Of a stretch of 64,000 bases of DNA, positions 51,364 to 60,697 are shown piece by piece. Under the pieces are notes generated by a model. That model made no database searches. It had not been told where the DNA came from and saw nothing but the letters and a program-made list of their open reading frames with translations. A program made the position numbers and the translations under genes. Where the stretch lies: positions 1,184,001 through 1,248,000 of the forward strand of contig CAWGJT010000005.1 in assembly GCA_963822965.1 (NCBI GenBank), written 5' to 3'. The DNA is from an uncultured delta proteobacterium (GTDB lineage Bacteria > Myxococcota_A > UBA9160 > UBA4427). The stretch's first letter is position 1, and the number at the start of each line of letters is the position of its first letter.

Positions 51364-52482
51364 CTAGACCTCGAGCAGGTCGGCGATGCGCCGACGGTGC
51401 GCGCGACCCGTCCCGAAGAGCGCCTCGAGCGTCTTCGCGCGCTTCACGAAGAGCTGCACGTCGCTCTCCCACGTGTATCCCATGCCGCCGTGGAGCTGGA
51501 TTCCGTCCTGACAGACGAGATGCTGGCAATCGCTCGCCGCCGCCTTCGCCATGGAGGCGGCCAGCGTGCGGCGCGGGTCGTCCTCGGCCACGGCCATCAT
51601 CGCGAACCAGGCGGTGGCGCGCGCCTTCTCGACCTGCACGAACATGTCCGCGCACTTGTGCTGGATGGCCTGGAACGCGCCGATCGGCTGGTCGAACTGC
51701 CGTCGGCTCCGGACGTGCTCGATCGTCGTATCGAGCAGCGTCTGGCAGGCTCCCACACACTCGAGGGCCGCGGCAACGGTGGCGCGCTCGAGCGCGCGGC
51801 CGAGAGCCCCGGCCGACCTTCCAGGCGTACCGAGCACGCGGGCGGCGTCGATGCGCACGCCGTCGAAGCGAAGCTGAGCAAGCGGGCGGCTCGCGTCGAG
51901 GCCGATCACGCGCCGTGCCTGACCCGCGCCCTGGGGAACGACGAAGAGCCCGACACCGTCGCCCTGCTCGACTCGCGCAGCCACGGCGATCTCGTCGGCG
52001 ACGTCGCCGTCGAGCACGAAGTCGCACTCGCCTTCCAGGATCCAGGCATCGCCTTCCGGGCGCGCACGCAGCGCATCTCCCACTTCGTGCCGGGCGGCAC
52101 GACCGTGGTCGATGCCGAGCGCGCCGCACAGCTCGCCGGCGCCCGCCGGCCGCGCGAAGCGTTCGAGGGCGTCGGGCGCCCCGGCCTCGCATACGAGCGG
52201 CAGGAACTGGGTCACGGTCGCGAGGAACGGGCCCGGTGCGAGGTGACGCCCGTGCTGCTCGACCACCAGGCCCAGGGCCGTGAAGCCGAGCTCGACGCCG
52301 CCCAGGGCCTCGGGCAGGTCGATCGCCGTCCAGCCGAGCTCGTGCGCGCTCTTCCAGGGCTGCTCGGGGGCGCTGCCGTTCTCGACCACGTCGCGCGCCA
52401 GCGCGGGGGGGCACTCGGCGGCGAGCACGGTCGAAACCGACTCGACGAGCTCCTGCTCCTCCGGCGCGACCTCGAAGTCCAT
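51364..52482 (-). CDS. Acyl-CoA dehydrogenase (short partner subunit)
   Basis: RRQFDQPIGAFQAIQH, QLHGGMGYTWE. Confidence 0.9.
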   Translation of the reverse strand: MDFEVAPEEQELVESVSTVLAAECPPALARDVVENGSAPEQPWKSAHELGWTAIDLPEALGGVELGFTALGLVVEQHGRHLAPGPFLATVTQFLPLVCEAGAPDALERFARPAGAGELCGALGIDHGRAARHEVGDALRARPEGDAWILEGECDFVLDGDVADEIAVAARVEQGDGVGLFVVPQGAGQARRVIGLDASRPLAQLRFDGVRIDAARVLGTPGRSAGALGRALERATVAAALECVGACQTLLDTTIEHVRSRRQFDQPIGAFQAIQHKCADMFVQVEKARATAWFAMMAVAEDDPRRTLAASMAKAAASDCQHLVCQDGIQLHGGMGYTWESDVQLFVKRAKTLEALFGTGRAHRRRIADLLEV

Positions 52483-52488
52483 CGGCCC

Positions 52489-53145
52489 TCAGTCCGCCTC
52501 GCCGGCCGGCGGGTCGATCCCGAGCAGGCTGCGCGCCACGAGCAGTAGCTCCCGCTGGTGTTTTTGGAGCTCCGCGCGGCTCCACGGGTCCACGGGCTCG
52601 TCGAGGGTGAGCCAGGACATGGCCGCGAAGTGGAAGAACGCGATCGAAGCGATCAGGCCCATGAAGCGCTCGGGCTCGACCCGCGGCCGGAACTCGCCCG
52701 ACGCGATGCCCTCGCGGAGCAACGCCCGGAACCACTCGCCCGTCGCCTCGCCGGCGAGGGTGAACGGCGTCGCCGCACCGGGCCGGGCGCCCGCGGCCTC
52801 GCGCAGGATCAGGCGCGCGACGTTCGGGCGCTGCGCCACGAAGTCGGTCCACCGGGCCAGAGAGGCTTCGAGGCGCTCTACCGCGCTGCCGCCCGGCGGC
52901 AGGTCCACCGCCAGGTCGCGGAAGACCTCGTCGAGCACCGCTCGGTAGAGCTCCTGCTTGTCGCCGAAGTGGTAGAAGATCGCCGCCCGCCGGATGCCGA
53001 CGTCGTCGGCGACGTCGTCGAGGCGCGCCGCCTCGAAGCCCCGCTCGGCGAAGTGGCGCTCGGCGGCGGCCACGATCTCGGCACGGGTGCGGAGGCCGTT
53101 CCGGCGTCGGCGGATGGGCTTGGGGGCAGCGGCGGTGCGGGCCAT
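52489..53145 (-). CDS. TetR/AcrR transcriptional regulator
   Basis: FAERGFEAARLDDVADDVGIRRAAIFYHFGDK. Confidence 0.9.
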   Translation of the reverse strand: MARTAAAPKPIRRRRNGLRTRAEIVAAAERHFAERGFEAARLDDVADDVGIRRAAIFYHFGDKQELYRAVLDEVFRDLAVDLPPGGSAVERLEASLARWTDFVAQRPNVARLILREAAGARPGAATPFTLAGEATGEWFRALLREGIASGEFRPRVEPERFMGLIASIAFFHFAAMSWLTLDEPVDPWSRAELQKHQRELLLVARSLLGIDPPAGEAD

Positions 53146-53148
53146 GAC

Positions 53149-53187
53149 GCTTGTTATCATACTTGCGCGCAAGTAGAATAAGCAAGC
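53149..53187. promoter_or_regulatory. Putative TetR operator in divergent promoter
   Basis: Perfect 16-bp palindrome TACTTGCGCGCAAGTA (53160-53175) with imperfect outer arms. Confidence 0.7.
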
Positions 53188-53284
53188 CTTTCAGCCCGTC
53201 ACCGGACGCAACCGACCGGCAAGGGGCCGATTCTCCAGCACGGGGCGGCTCGCCCCGTGCTCGCCGAAGTGAGAGGAGCTGCCT

Positions 53285-54376
53285 ATGTCGCTTCCCCCGG
53301 ACCAGATCGTGATGTCGGCCGACGACCACCTCGACATCCACGCCATGCCGCCCGACGTGTGGTCGTCGCGCCTTCCCAAAGCGTGGCGCGAAGTCGGCCC
53401 GCGGGTCGAGGACACGGACGACGGACCCTGGTGGGTCTGCGAAGGGCGCCGCGTCTCGCCGAGTGGCCGCAAGGACAAGGGGTACATCTCGGCCAACGAC
53501 CACGGCTTCCGGCCAGGTCAGCCGCAGGCTCGCCTCGAGGACATGGACAAGGACGGCGTGCGCGCGCAGGTCGTCTACGGCCCCACCTGCACGCAGCTGC
53601 GCATCGCCGACGCCGCGCTCTACGAGCAGGTGGCGATGGTCTACAACGACTGGGCCGCCGAGTTCCAACGCGAAGATCCCGACCGGCTGATCCTATTGGC
53701 GGACCTTCCTTCCCACACCCCCGATGCCGCCCGGCAGGAGCTCGAGCGCGCGGCCTCGCTCGGTCACCGGGGTGCGATCGTCAGCAGCACGGTGGGTCGC
53801 AGCGAGCCGCTCTTCGCCGAGAGCTGGGAGGGCTTCTGGGACACGGCCGAGGAGATCGGCATCCCGATCCACGTGCACCTTGCCGGCGGCCTGCACAGCC
53901 TGGAGATGAAGCTCGGCTCGTGGCGCATGCCCGCGGCCGTCGCCGTCGTGCCCATGCAGCTCGACGAGACCCTCGCCGGTCTGGTCTTCTCGGGCGCCCT
54001 CGAGAAGCGCCCGAAGGTCAAGTTCGTCATGGGCGAGGCGGGCCTGGGCTGGATCCCGTACGTGATCGAGCGGCTCGACCACGAGCTCGACAAGTACGGC
54101 TCGAAGATCCAGGACTACAAGATCGACATGCGCCCCAGCGAGATCTTCGCGCGCCAGGTGTTCGTCACCTACGAGGACGAGGGCCTGGGTGTCGAGCTCA
54201 TCCCGCGAATCGGAGTCGACAACGTGATGTGGGCCTCGGACTATCCCCACGGCGACAGCACGTGGCCGCACTCGCGCAAGGCGCTGGCCGAGTCTCCGCT
54301 CGCTCAGCACGGCGCCGAGGTCCTGCGCAAGGTGACCTGCGAGAACGTCGCGCGGGTCTACGGCTTCCCGATCTAG
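53285..54376 (+). CDS. Amidohydrolase family 2 protein
   Basis: SADDH, YNDW, EAGLGWIPY, WASDYPHGD. Confidence 0.9.
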   Translation: MSLPPDQIVMSADDHLDIHAMPPDVWSSRLPKAWREVGPRVEDTDDGPWWVCEGRRVSPSGRKDKGYISANDHGFRPGQPQARLEDMDKDGVRAQVVYGPTCTQLRIADAALYEQVAMVYNDWAAEFQREDPDRLILLADLPSHTPDAARQELERAASLGHRGAIVSSTVGRSEPLFAESWEGFWDTAEEIGIPIHVHLAGGLHSLEMKLGSWRMPAAVAVVPMQLDETLAGLVFSGALEKRPKVKFVMGEAGLGWIPYVIERLDHELDKYGSKIQDYKIDMRPSEIFARQVFVTYEDEGLGVELIPRIGVDNVMWASDYPHGDSTWPHSRKALAESPLAQHGAEVLRKVTCENVARVYGFPI

Positions 54377-54460
54377 GAGGACGACCCGAGGTGGGTCGGC
54401 TTCCGTACAAAGCGAGCCCGAGGGGCTCGCTCAGCTACACCGAGAGGACCGGCAGTTCCG

Positions 54461-55642
54461 ATGGGCGAGATCTACTACGACCCCTACGACTTCGAGATCG
54501 ACACCGACCCCTACCCGGTGTGGCGGCGGATGCGCGACGAGGCGCCGCTCTACCGCAACGATCGCTACGAGTTCTGGGCCCTGAGTCGCTACGAGGACGT
54601 CGCCGCAGGGCTGACCGACTGGCGTAGCTACAGCTCGGCCCGTGGCACGGTGCTCGACTTCATTCGCAACGGCGTGGAGTTCCCGCCCGGAAACATCCTG
54701 TTCGAGGACCCGCCTCTCCACGACGCCCACCGCGCGCTGCTGGCGCGGGTCTTCACGCCGCGCCGCATGGCCGAGCTCGAGCCGCAGATCCGCGCGTTCT
54801 GCGCGAGCAGTCTCGACCCGCTCGTGGGCGGCGACCGCATCGACTTCATCGCCGATCTCGGCGCGCAGATGCCGATGCGCGTGATCGGGATGATGCTGGG
54901 AATTCCCGAGGAAGACCAGGAGATGCTTCGCGACGGCTACGACACCGGTCTCGACCTCGAGTCCGGCGAAGAGCCCTCGCCGAACGACCAGCTGGCCTTC
55001 GCGATGGGCCGCTTCGCCGAGTACGTCGAGTGGCGGCGCAAGCACCCCTCCGACGACATGATGACCGAGCTGATGAACGCGCGCTTCACCGACGACGTGG
55101 GCACGGAGCGGACGCTGCGCGACAACGAGCTGCTCGGCTACATCGGGCTGCTGGCAGGGGCAGGCAACGAGACGACGACGCGGCTGATCGGATGGATTTC
55201 CTGGCTGCTCGACCGCTTCCCCGACCAGCGCCGCCTCGTCGTGGAGGACCGAAGCCTCGTCGCCAAGACAGTAGAGGAGGTCCTGCGCTACGAAGCGCCC
55301 TCCCCCGTGCAGGCCCGCTACGTCATGCGCGACATCGAGCTGTACGGGACGAAGGTGCCCGAAGGTTCGACGATGATGCTGATCAACGGCTCTGCGAACC
55401 GCGACGAGCGCGAGTTCGAGAACGCCGACCGCCTCGACGTGCGGCGCGCGAACGTCAAACACCTGAGCTTCGGCCAGGGCATCCACTTCTGTCTGGGCGC
55501 GAGCCTCGCGCGACTCGAGGGCTGCGTGGCGCTCGACGAGGTGCTGGCACGCTGGCCCGAGTGGGAGATCGACCGCGACGCGGCCGTGATGGCGCACACC
55601 TCGTCGGTCCGCGGATGGAAGAGCCTCCCGGCGCGGGTCTAG
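54461..55642 (+). CDS. Cytochrome P450
   Basis: DPPLH, AGNETT, EEVLR, FGQGIHFCLG. Confidence 0.92.
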   Translation: MGEIYYDPYDFEIDTDPYPVWRRMRDEAPLYRNDRYEFWALSRYEDVAAGLTDWRSYSSARGTVLDFIRNGVEFPPGNILFEDPPLHDAHRALLARVFTPRRMAELEPQIRAFCASSLDPLVGGDRIDFIADLGAQMPMRVIGMMLGIPEEDQEMLRDGYDTGLDLESGEEPSPNDQLAFAMGRFAEYVEWRRKHPSDDMMTELMNARFTDDVGTERTLRDNELLGYIGLLAGAGNETTTRLIGWISWLLDRFPDQRRLVVEDRSLVAKTVEEVLRYEAPSPVQARYVMRDIELYGTKVPEGSTMMLINGSANRDEREFENADRLDVRRANVKHLSFGQGIHFCLGASLARLEGCVALDEVLARWPEWEIDRDAAVMAHTSSVRGWKSLPARV

Positions 55643-55669
55643 CAAGAGCGGTCGAAGAGGAGAAATCCC

Positions 55670-57328
55670 GTGCCCGACGCTTCCGCTGACCGCTCGAGGG
55701 ACGAAGGAGACGAGACCATCCCGGGCGCCGTGATGGCGAGCATCGCCGCGTGCCCGGATGCCGACGCCGTGGTGGATGGGGTCGAGGCGTCGATCGGAGC
55801 AGGCCGACGCGTGACCTACGGCGAGCTTGGCGAGCTCGTCGCCCGGTCGACGCAGGCCATGATGGGCGCAGGTGTCGGCCCCGGAGATCGCGTCGCGATC
55901 TGGGCCCCGAACGGCCTCGGTTGGATCGTCGCCGCCCTCGGCGCCCAGTGCGCGGGCGCGGCGCTCGTCCCGATCAACACCCGCTTCAAGGGCGAAGAGG
56001 CGGCCTGGCTGCTCTCCGCGTCGAAGGCGCCGGTGCTGGTCACGACGGTCGGGTTCCTGGGCACCGACACGGTCGGCATGCTGGCTTCGGCCGAGACGCC
56101 GCTCCCCGACCTGCGGCGCATCGTGCTGCTCCCGGGCTCGCAGCCCGCGAAGGAGGCGAGCGGTGCCGCCCCGGTGGAGACGTGGAGCGCGTTCCTGGCC
56201 GGCGGCGACCACGTCGACCCCGACACGGCGGTCGCGCGTCGCGAATCCGTGCGCCCGACGGACCCGAGCGACGTGCTGTTCACCTCCGGCACCACGGGTC
56301 GGCCCAAGGGCGTCGTCATGAGCCACGGCCAGACGGTCCGGCTGTTTCGCGAGTGGAGCGACTTTGCCGGGCTCGAGCGCGGTGACCGCTACCTGATCGT
56401 GAACCCCTTCTTCCACATGTTCGGCTACAAGGCCGGCTGGCTCGCGAGCCTGATGCGCGGGGCCACGATCCTCCCCGTCCCGGTGTTCGACGTGCCCGCG
56501 GTGCTGTCGCTGGTCGAGCGAGAGCGGATCACCTTCCTGCCCGGTCCGCCGACCCTCTACCGCTCCATCCTCGACCATCCAGACCGCGGCGCGTTCGACC
56601 TCGGAAGCCTGCGGGTCGCGGTCACCGGCGCGGCGGACATCCCCGTCACGCTGATCGAGGAGATGCGCGCCGAGCTGCCGTTCCGCAGCATCCTCGTGGG
56701 CTACGGACTCACCGAGGCCGGCACCTGCACCGGCAGCCGCCCGGACGACGACGCGGAGACCATCGCCACCACGGTCGGCCGCGCGATGCCCGGCTTCGAC
56801 GTCGTCGTGGCCGATGCCGACGGCCAGGAGCTCGCGCGGGGAGAGGCCGGCGAGCTCCTCGTGCGCGGGCACGGCGTGATGCAGGGCTACCTCGACGACC
56901 CCGACGCAACCGCCGCGGCCATCGACGAGCGAGGCTTCCTGCACACTGGCGACCTCGCGACCATGGACGAGCGCGGTGTGGTGCGCATCGTCGGCCGCCT
57001 CAAGGACATGATCCTCGTCGGCGGCTTCAACGTGTACCCGGCCGAGGTCGAGAACACGCTCGTGGCCCACGACGCGATCGGCCAAGTGGCCGTCGTGGGC
57101 CTGCCGGACGCCCGGATGGGCGAGGTCCCCGTGGCGTACGTGGTCCCGGCGGCGGGCGCCGCGATCGACGCCGATGCGATCGTCGCCTGGACCCGCGAGC
57201 GTCTTGCCAACTACAAGGTGCCGCGCCACGTGGTCTCCCTCGACGCGCTCCCCGTCAACGCGACCGGCAAGGTCGTGAAGCAGGAGCTGCGCGACCGGGC
57301 GGCCGCCGAGCTGCGCGGCGCGTCGTGA
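55670..57328 (+). CDS. FadD3-like acyl-CoA ligase
   Basis: FTSGTTGRPKG, NPFFHMFGYKAG, YGLTE, VGGFNVYPAE. Confidence 0.85.
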   Translation: MPDASADRSRDEGDETIPGAVMASIAACPDADAVVDGVEASIGAGRRVTYGELGELVARSTQAMMGAGVGPGDRVAIWAPNGLGWIVAALGAQCAGAALVPINTRFKGEEAAWLLSASKAPVLVTTVGFLGTDTVGMLASAETPLPDLRRIVLLPGSQPAKEASGAAPVETWSAFLAGGDHVDPDTAVARRESVRPTDPSDVLFTSGTTGRPKGVVMSHGQTVRLFREWSDFAGLERGDRYLIVNPFFHMFGYKAGWLASLMRGATILPVPVFDVPAVLSLVERERITFLPGPPTLYRSILDHPDRGAFDLGSLRVAVTGAADIPVTLIEEMRAELPFRSILVGYGLTEAGTCTGSRPDDDAETIATTVGRAMPGFDVVVADADGQELARGEAGELLVRGHGVMQGYLDDPDATAAAIDERGFLHTGDLATMDERGVVRIVGRLKDMILVGGFNVYPAEVENTLVAHDAIGQVAVVGLPDARMGEVPVAYVVPAAGAAIDADAIVAWTRERLANYKVPRHVVSLDALPVNATGKVVKQELRDRAAAELRGAS

Positions 57329-58989
57329 GCGCCGCTCCGCTCCGTCCGGCCTGGCCCTTGCGCCGCGTTCCACCCGAGCTCGAGCGACGCTACGCCCTCG
57401 AGGGCTGGTGGACGGACGAAACCCTCGGCGCAATGGTGGCGCGGCAGCTGGCGTCGCACTCCGAGTCACAGGTCGCCATCTGGTCGCGGTCGCGTCCCTG
57501 GCGGGGAAGCTACGCGAACGTCGACGCCGAGGCTCGCAGGCTGGTCACCCTCCTCCGAGCCCGGGGCGTGGAGCCGGGCGAGGCCGTCGCGTTCCAGATC
57601 CCGAACTGGCGCGAGGCCGTCGTCTCGTTTGCGGCCCTGGCCCTCGGCGGCTACGTGCTGGTGCCGATCGTCCACATCTACGGCCGCAAGGAGCTCTCCT
57701 TCATCCTCGCGGAGAGCGGCGCCGCGGCATACGTCTCACCAATCTCCTACGGGCACGTCGACTACGGCGAGATCATCGAGACCGCCGCCCCGGGCTCGCT
57801 GCGGCTACATGTGGTCGTCGGAGAGAGCGACGCCTCGCCGAGTCGAACGGGGCCGATCCGGGTGCCGTGGGGCGCGTGCGACGAGCAGGCGCCGGCAAGG
57901 GACCTCCCCGAGGTCCGCCCGGACTCGATCGCCGTGCTGGCGTACACCTCGGGCACCACCAGCGATCCGAAGGGCGTGATCCACGATCACCGGACGCTGC
58001 TCGGCGAGCTGCGACACATGGCGGCGTACATGATGCGGGGTCGGCCCAAGCTCATGGGCTCGCCCGTCACGCACGCCACCGGGATGCTCGGCGCCGTGCT
58101 CGGCCCGCTGGTCACGGGCGAGGCCATCCACCTGCTCGACCGCTGGGACCCGGGACACGCGCTCGAGGTGATGCAGCAGGCCGGCATCGGCGGAGGCACC
58201 GGGGCGTCTGTGTTCCTCTCGAGCCTGTTCGATCACCCCGACTTCACCGCGGAACACGCCGCCTTGATCGACCGGGTCGGCCTGGGAGGCGCGCCGGTCC
58301 CCGTGGCGCTCGGCGAGCGCGCGGCCTCGCTCGGCATCCGGATCATTCGCTCCTACGGGTCCACCGAGCACCCGTCGACGACGGGCTGCCAGTTCGACGA
58401 CCCGGCGGATCGGCGTCACCGCACCGACGGCCGCCCCCTCGAAGGCGTCGAGCTGCGGCTCGTCGACGAAGAGGGCGCCGACGTGCCGCCCAACCAGCCC
58501 GGCGAGATCCTCTCGCGCGGCCCGGACCTCTGCCTCGGGTACACCGACCCCGCGCTCACGGCCGCCGCATTCGACGACGAAGGCTGGTACCGCACGGGGG
58601 ACATCGGCGTGCTCGACGAGGGCGGCTACCTCACCATCACCGACCGGGTGAAGGACGTCATCATCCGCGGCGGCGAGAACGTCTCCGCGGCCGAGGTCGA
58701 GGGGGCACTCCAGAGCCTGCCGGGCGTCGCGGAGGTCGCCGTGGTGGCGGCGCCCGACGTACGCCTCGGCGAGCACGCCTGCGCGATCGTCCGCATGCAG
58801 CCGGGCGCCGCGCCCGTGACCCTGGGCGACGTGACCGCGCACCTGGCGGAGGTCGGCCTCACTCGCCAGAAGTGGCCCGAGGAGCTGCGCCTGGTGGAGG
58901 ACTTCCCCCGGACGGCCTCGGGCAAGATCCGCAAGGTCGACCTGCGGGCCCGGCTCCGCGACGAAGCTGCGAAAGAAGCCGGGCGCTGA
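57325..58989 (+). CDS. AMP-binding acyl-CoA synthetase (cyclohexanecarboxylate-CoA ligase-like)
   Basis: YTSGTTSDPKG, YGSTE, RQKWPE, SGKIRK. Confidence 0.85.
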   Translation: MSAAPLRPAWPLRRVPPELERRYALEGWWTDETLGAMVARQLASHSESQVAIWSRSRPWRGSYANVDAEARRLVTLLRARGVEPGEAVAFQIPNWREAVVSFAALALGGYVLVPIVHIYGRKELSFILAESGAAAYVSPISYGHVDYGEIIETAAPGSLRLHVVVGESDASPSRTGPIRVPWGACDEQAPARDLPEVRPDSIAVLAYTSGTTSDPKGVIHDHRTLLGELRHMAAYMMRGRPKLMGSPVTHATGMLGAVLGPLVTGEAIHLLDRWDPGHALEVMQQAGIGGGTGASVFLSSLFDHPDFTAEHAALIDRVGLGGAPVPVALGERAASLGIRIIRSYGSTEHPSTTGCQFDDPADRRHRTDGRPLEGVELRLVDEEGADVPPNQPGEILSRGPDLCLGYTDPALTAAAFDDEGWYRTGDIGVLDEGGYLTITDRVKDVIIRGGENVSAAEVEGALQSLPGVAEVAVVAAPDVRLGEHACAIVRMQPGAAPVTLGDVTAHLAEVGLTRQKWPEELRLVEDFPRTASGKIRKVDLRARLRDEAAKEAGR

Positions 58990-58993
58990 GCGG

Positions 58994-59896
58994 TCAGCGC
59001 TCGGATAGGTAGTGGACCCCGGTGAGCGCCTCGGCGAGGGTCCACAGGCGGCGGGCGAGCTCCACGTCCTTCGCGATCGGGTTGATGCGAGCCGGACCGG
59101 GCTCGCCTCGGATCTCGAGCAAGCCGCTGGGCCCCCAGTAGTCGCCGCCGCGTACGCCTTCGTCGCGCGCTGCGTGAACGATCGACCGGCAGGCGTCGGC
59201 CGGCAACGGCGTGAACCACGCGCCGACTGTCTCGAGCCAGCGGCCGAGGAAGCTGGTCGCCGAAAGCATCGGGCTGTGCCGCCGGATGTCGGTGGCCGCG
59301 AACCCGGGATGCGCCCCGAGCGCGATGACATTGCTGCCGCTCCCGCGGAGACGCCGCTCCAGCTCCATCGTGAAGCTGAGCAGCGCGACCTTGGCTCGGG
59401 CATAGGCCGTGAGCTCACGGTACGGCGTCCGCTCCCAGTTCGGATCGTCCAATGGGAGCTGGCCGAACCGGTTCGCGTGGCTGCCGACGTTGACGACGCG
59501 GGGCCTCCCGTCCTCGGGAAAGAACGGCAGCAGGAGCCCCGTCAGCGCGAACGCGCCCAGGTAGTTGGTGGCGAGCTGCATCTCGTGGCCGACGCTGTTG
59601 CGCGACAGCGGCACGGCGACGATCCCGGCGTTGTTGATCAGGACGTCCAGCCGGTCGAAGCGGTCCGAGTACGCGCGTACGAAAGCCCGAACGGAATCGG
59701 GCTCGGACACGTCGAGCGGGAGGATCGTCGCGTCCGCAGTCGGCACCCGCGCGAGCAGCTCGCTTCGCGCCTCGTGCGCCCGCTCCTGGCTACGACAGGC
59801 CATCACGACCCGGTCGCCGCTGCTCGCGAATGCGAGCGCGGTCTCGAAGCCGAGCCCGGCATTGGCGCCTGTGATCACGACGACGGAGTCCGACAC
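58994..59896 (-). CDS. SDR oxidoreductase (retinol dehydrogenase-like)
   Basis: TGANAGLG, INNAG, YARAK, HPGFAAT. Confidence 0.88.
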   Translation of the reverse strand: MSDSVVVITGANAGLGFETALAFASSGDRVVMACRSQERAHEARSELLARVPTADATILPLDVSEPDSVRAFVRAYSDRFDRLDVLINNAGIVAVPLSRNSVGHEMQLATNYLGAFALTGLLLPFFPEDGRPRVVNVGSHANRFGQLPLDDPNWERTPYRELTAYARAKVALLSFTMELERRLRGSGSNVIALGAHPGFAATDIRRHSPMLSATSFLGRWLETVGAWFTPLPADACRSIVHAARDEGVRGGDYWGPSGLLEIRGEPGPARINPIAKDVELARRLWTLAEALTGVHYLSER

Positions 59897-59913
59897 GAGA
59901 GCGCTGGTGAGCG

Positions 59914-60624
59914 TCAGGCCCTGTGGTGGATCGCGGCCTGGATGCCGTCGAAGAACTGCCACCAGGCGTCGAGAGAGTGCTGGAGCGCGTCGCGTACGCG
60001 TGCCTGGATCGCGGCATCGGTGGCGTGGTGCACGACGATGTGGTCGCCCACGTCGCTGTGATCGGCGTCGGCCATCTCGTGCACGTCCCAGAACTCGACG
60101 GCCTCCTTCGAGAGCCCGTAGTGCTCCTCGAGCCGGCGCGCCATCGGGCCGAAGGCACCGGGCACCTGTCCCTCGGCCGCCAGGTTGATGGCGGCGGCGG
60201 CCTCGATGAAGGAGCGCTGCTTGGTCGACAGCTCGAACCAGTCGATCAGCGCGCGCGTGGCCGGTAGGGGCTGCCCCTCGGTCATCTCGCTGCGCTCGAG
60301 ACCCACGGCCTCGCCGAACTTGATGAAGAGCTCCGGGTGGGGCTGGTTGCAGCCCGAGATGCGCCCGGTCTCCTCTTCGTAGATGTTCTCCGCCAGCTCC
60401 ATGCGCTCCTCGGGGAACGGACAGCTGGCGTGCATGGCGCTCACCGCGCGCGGGAACTCGCGCACCTGCAGGAAGAATTGGACGGCGAAGAGCTTCAGCT
60501 GGTCGGCGCTGAGCTTGCCGTCGGCGATCGCGTGCCACAGCGGGTGGCTGCCGAAGGTCCGGCGCGCCTGGATGCGCGCCTCGAGATCCTGGATGAAGGC
60601 CGCGGGGGCCAGGGCTTCGCTCAT
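59914..60624 (-). CDS. TenA/PqqC/CADD-family heme-oxygenase-like diiron protein
   Basis: HPLW, ENIYEEE..HPELF, AAEGQ, HEMADADH metal-ligand pattern. Confidence 0.85.
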   Translation of the reverse strand: MSEALAPAAFIQDLEARIQARRTFGSHPLWHAIADGKLSADQLKLFAVQFFLQVREFPRAVSAMHASCPFPEERMELAENIYEEETGRISGCNQPHPELFIKFGEAVGLERSEMTEGQPLPATRALIDWFELSTKQRSFIEAAAAINLAAEGQVPGAFGPMARRLEEHYGLSKEAVEFWDVHEMADADHSDVGDHIVVHHATDAAIQARVRDALQHSLDAWWQFFDGIQAAIHHRA

Positions 60625-60697
60625 CTTGATCCTCTCGGGCCCGCTGCTGGGCGAGAATGAGGTTTCCGTTGTGGTAGAGCGCAATTATACTCCATCG

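Noticed and set aside
54431..57469. Very long antisense or alternative-frame ORFs (e.g. 1012 aa here; also 58994-62065 and 37547-39847)
   Set aside because: Shadow ORFs of high-GC coding sequence, Arg/Pro-rich and lacking motifs.
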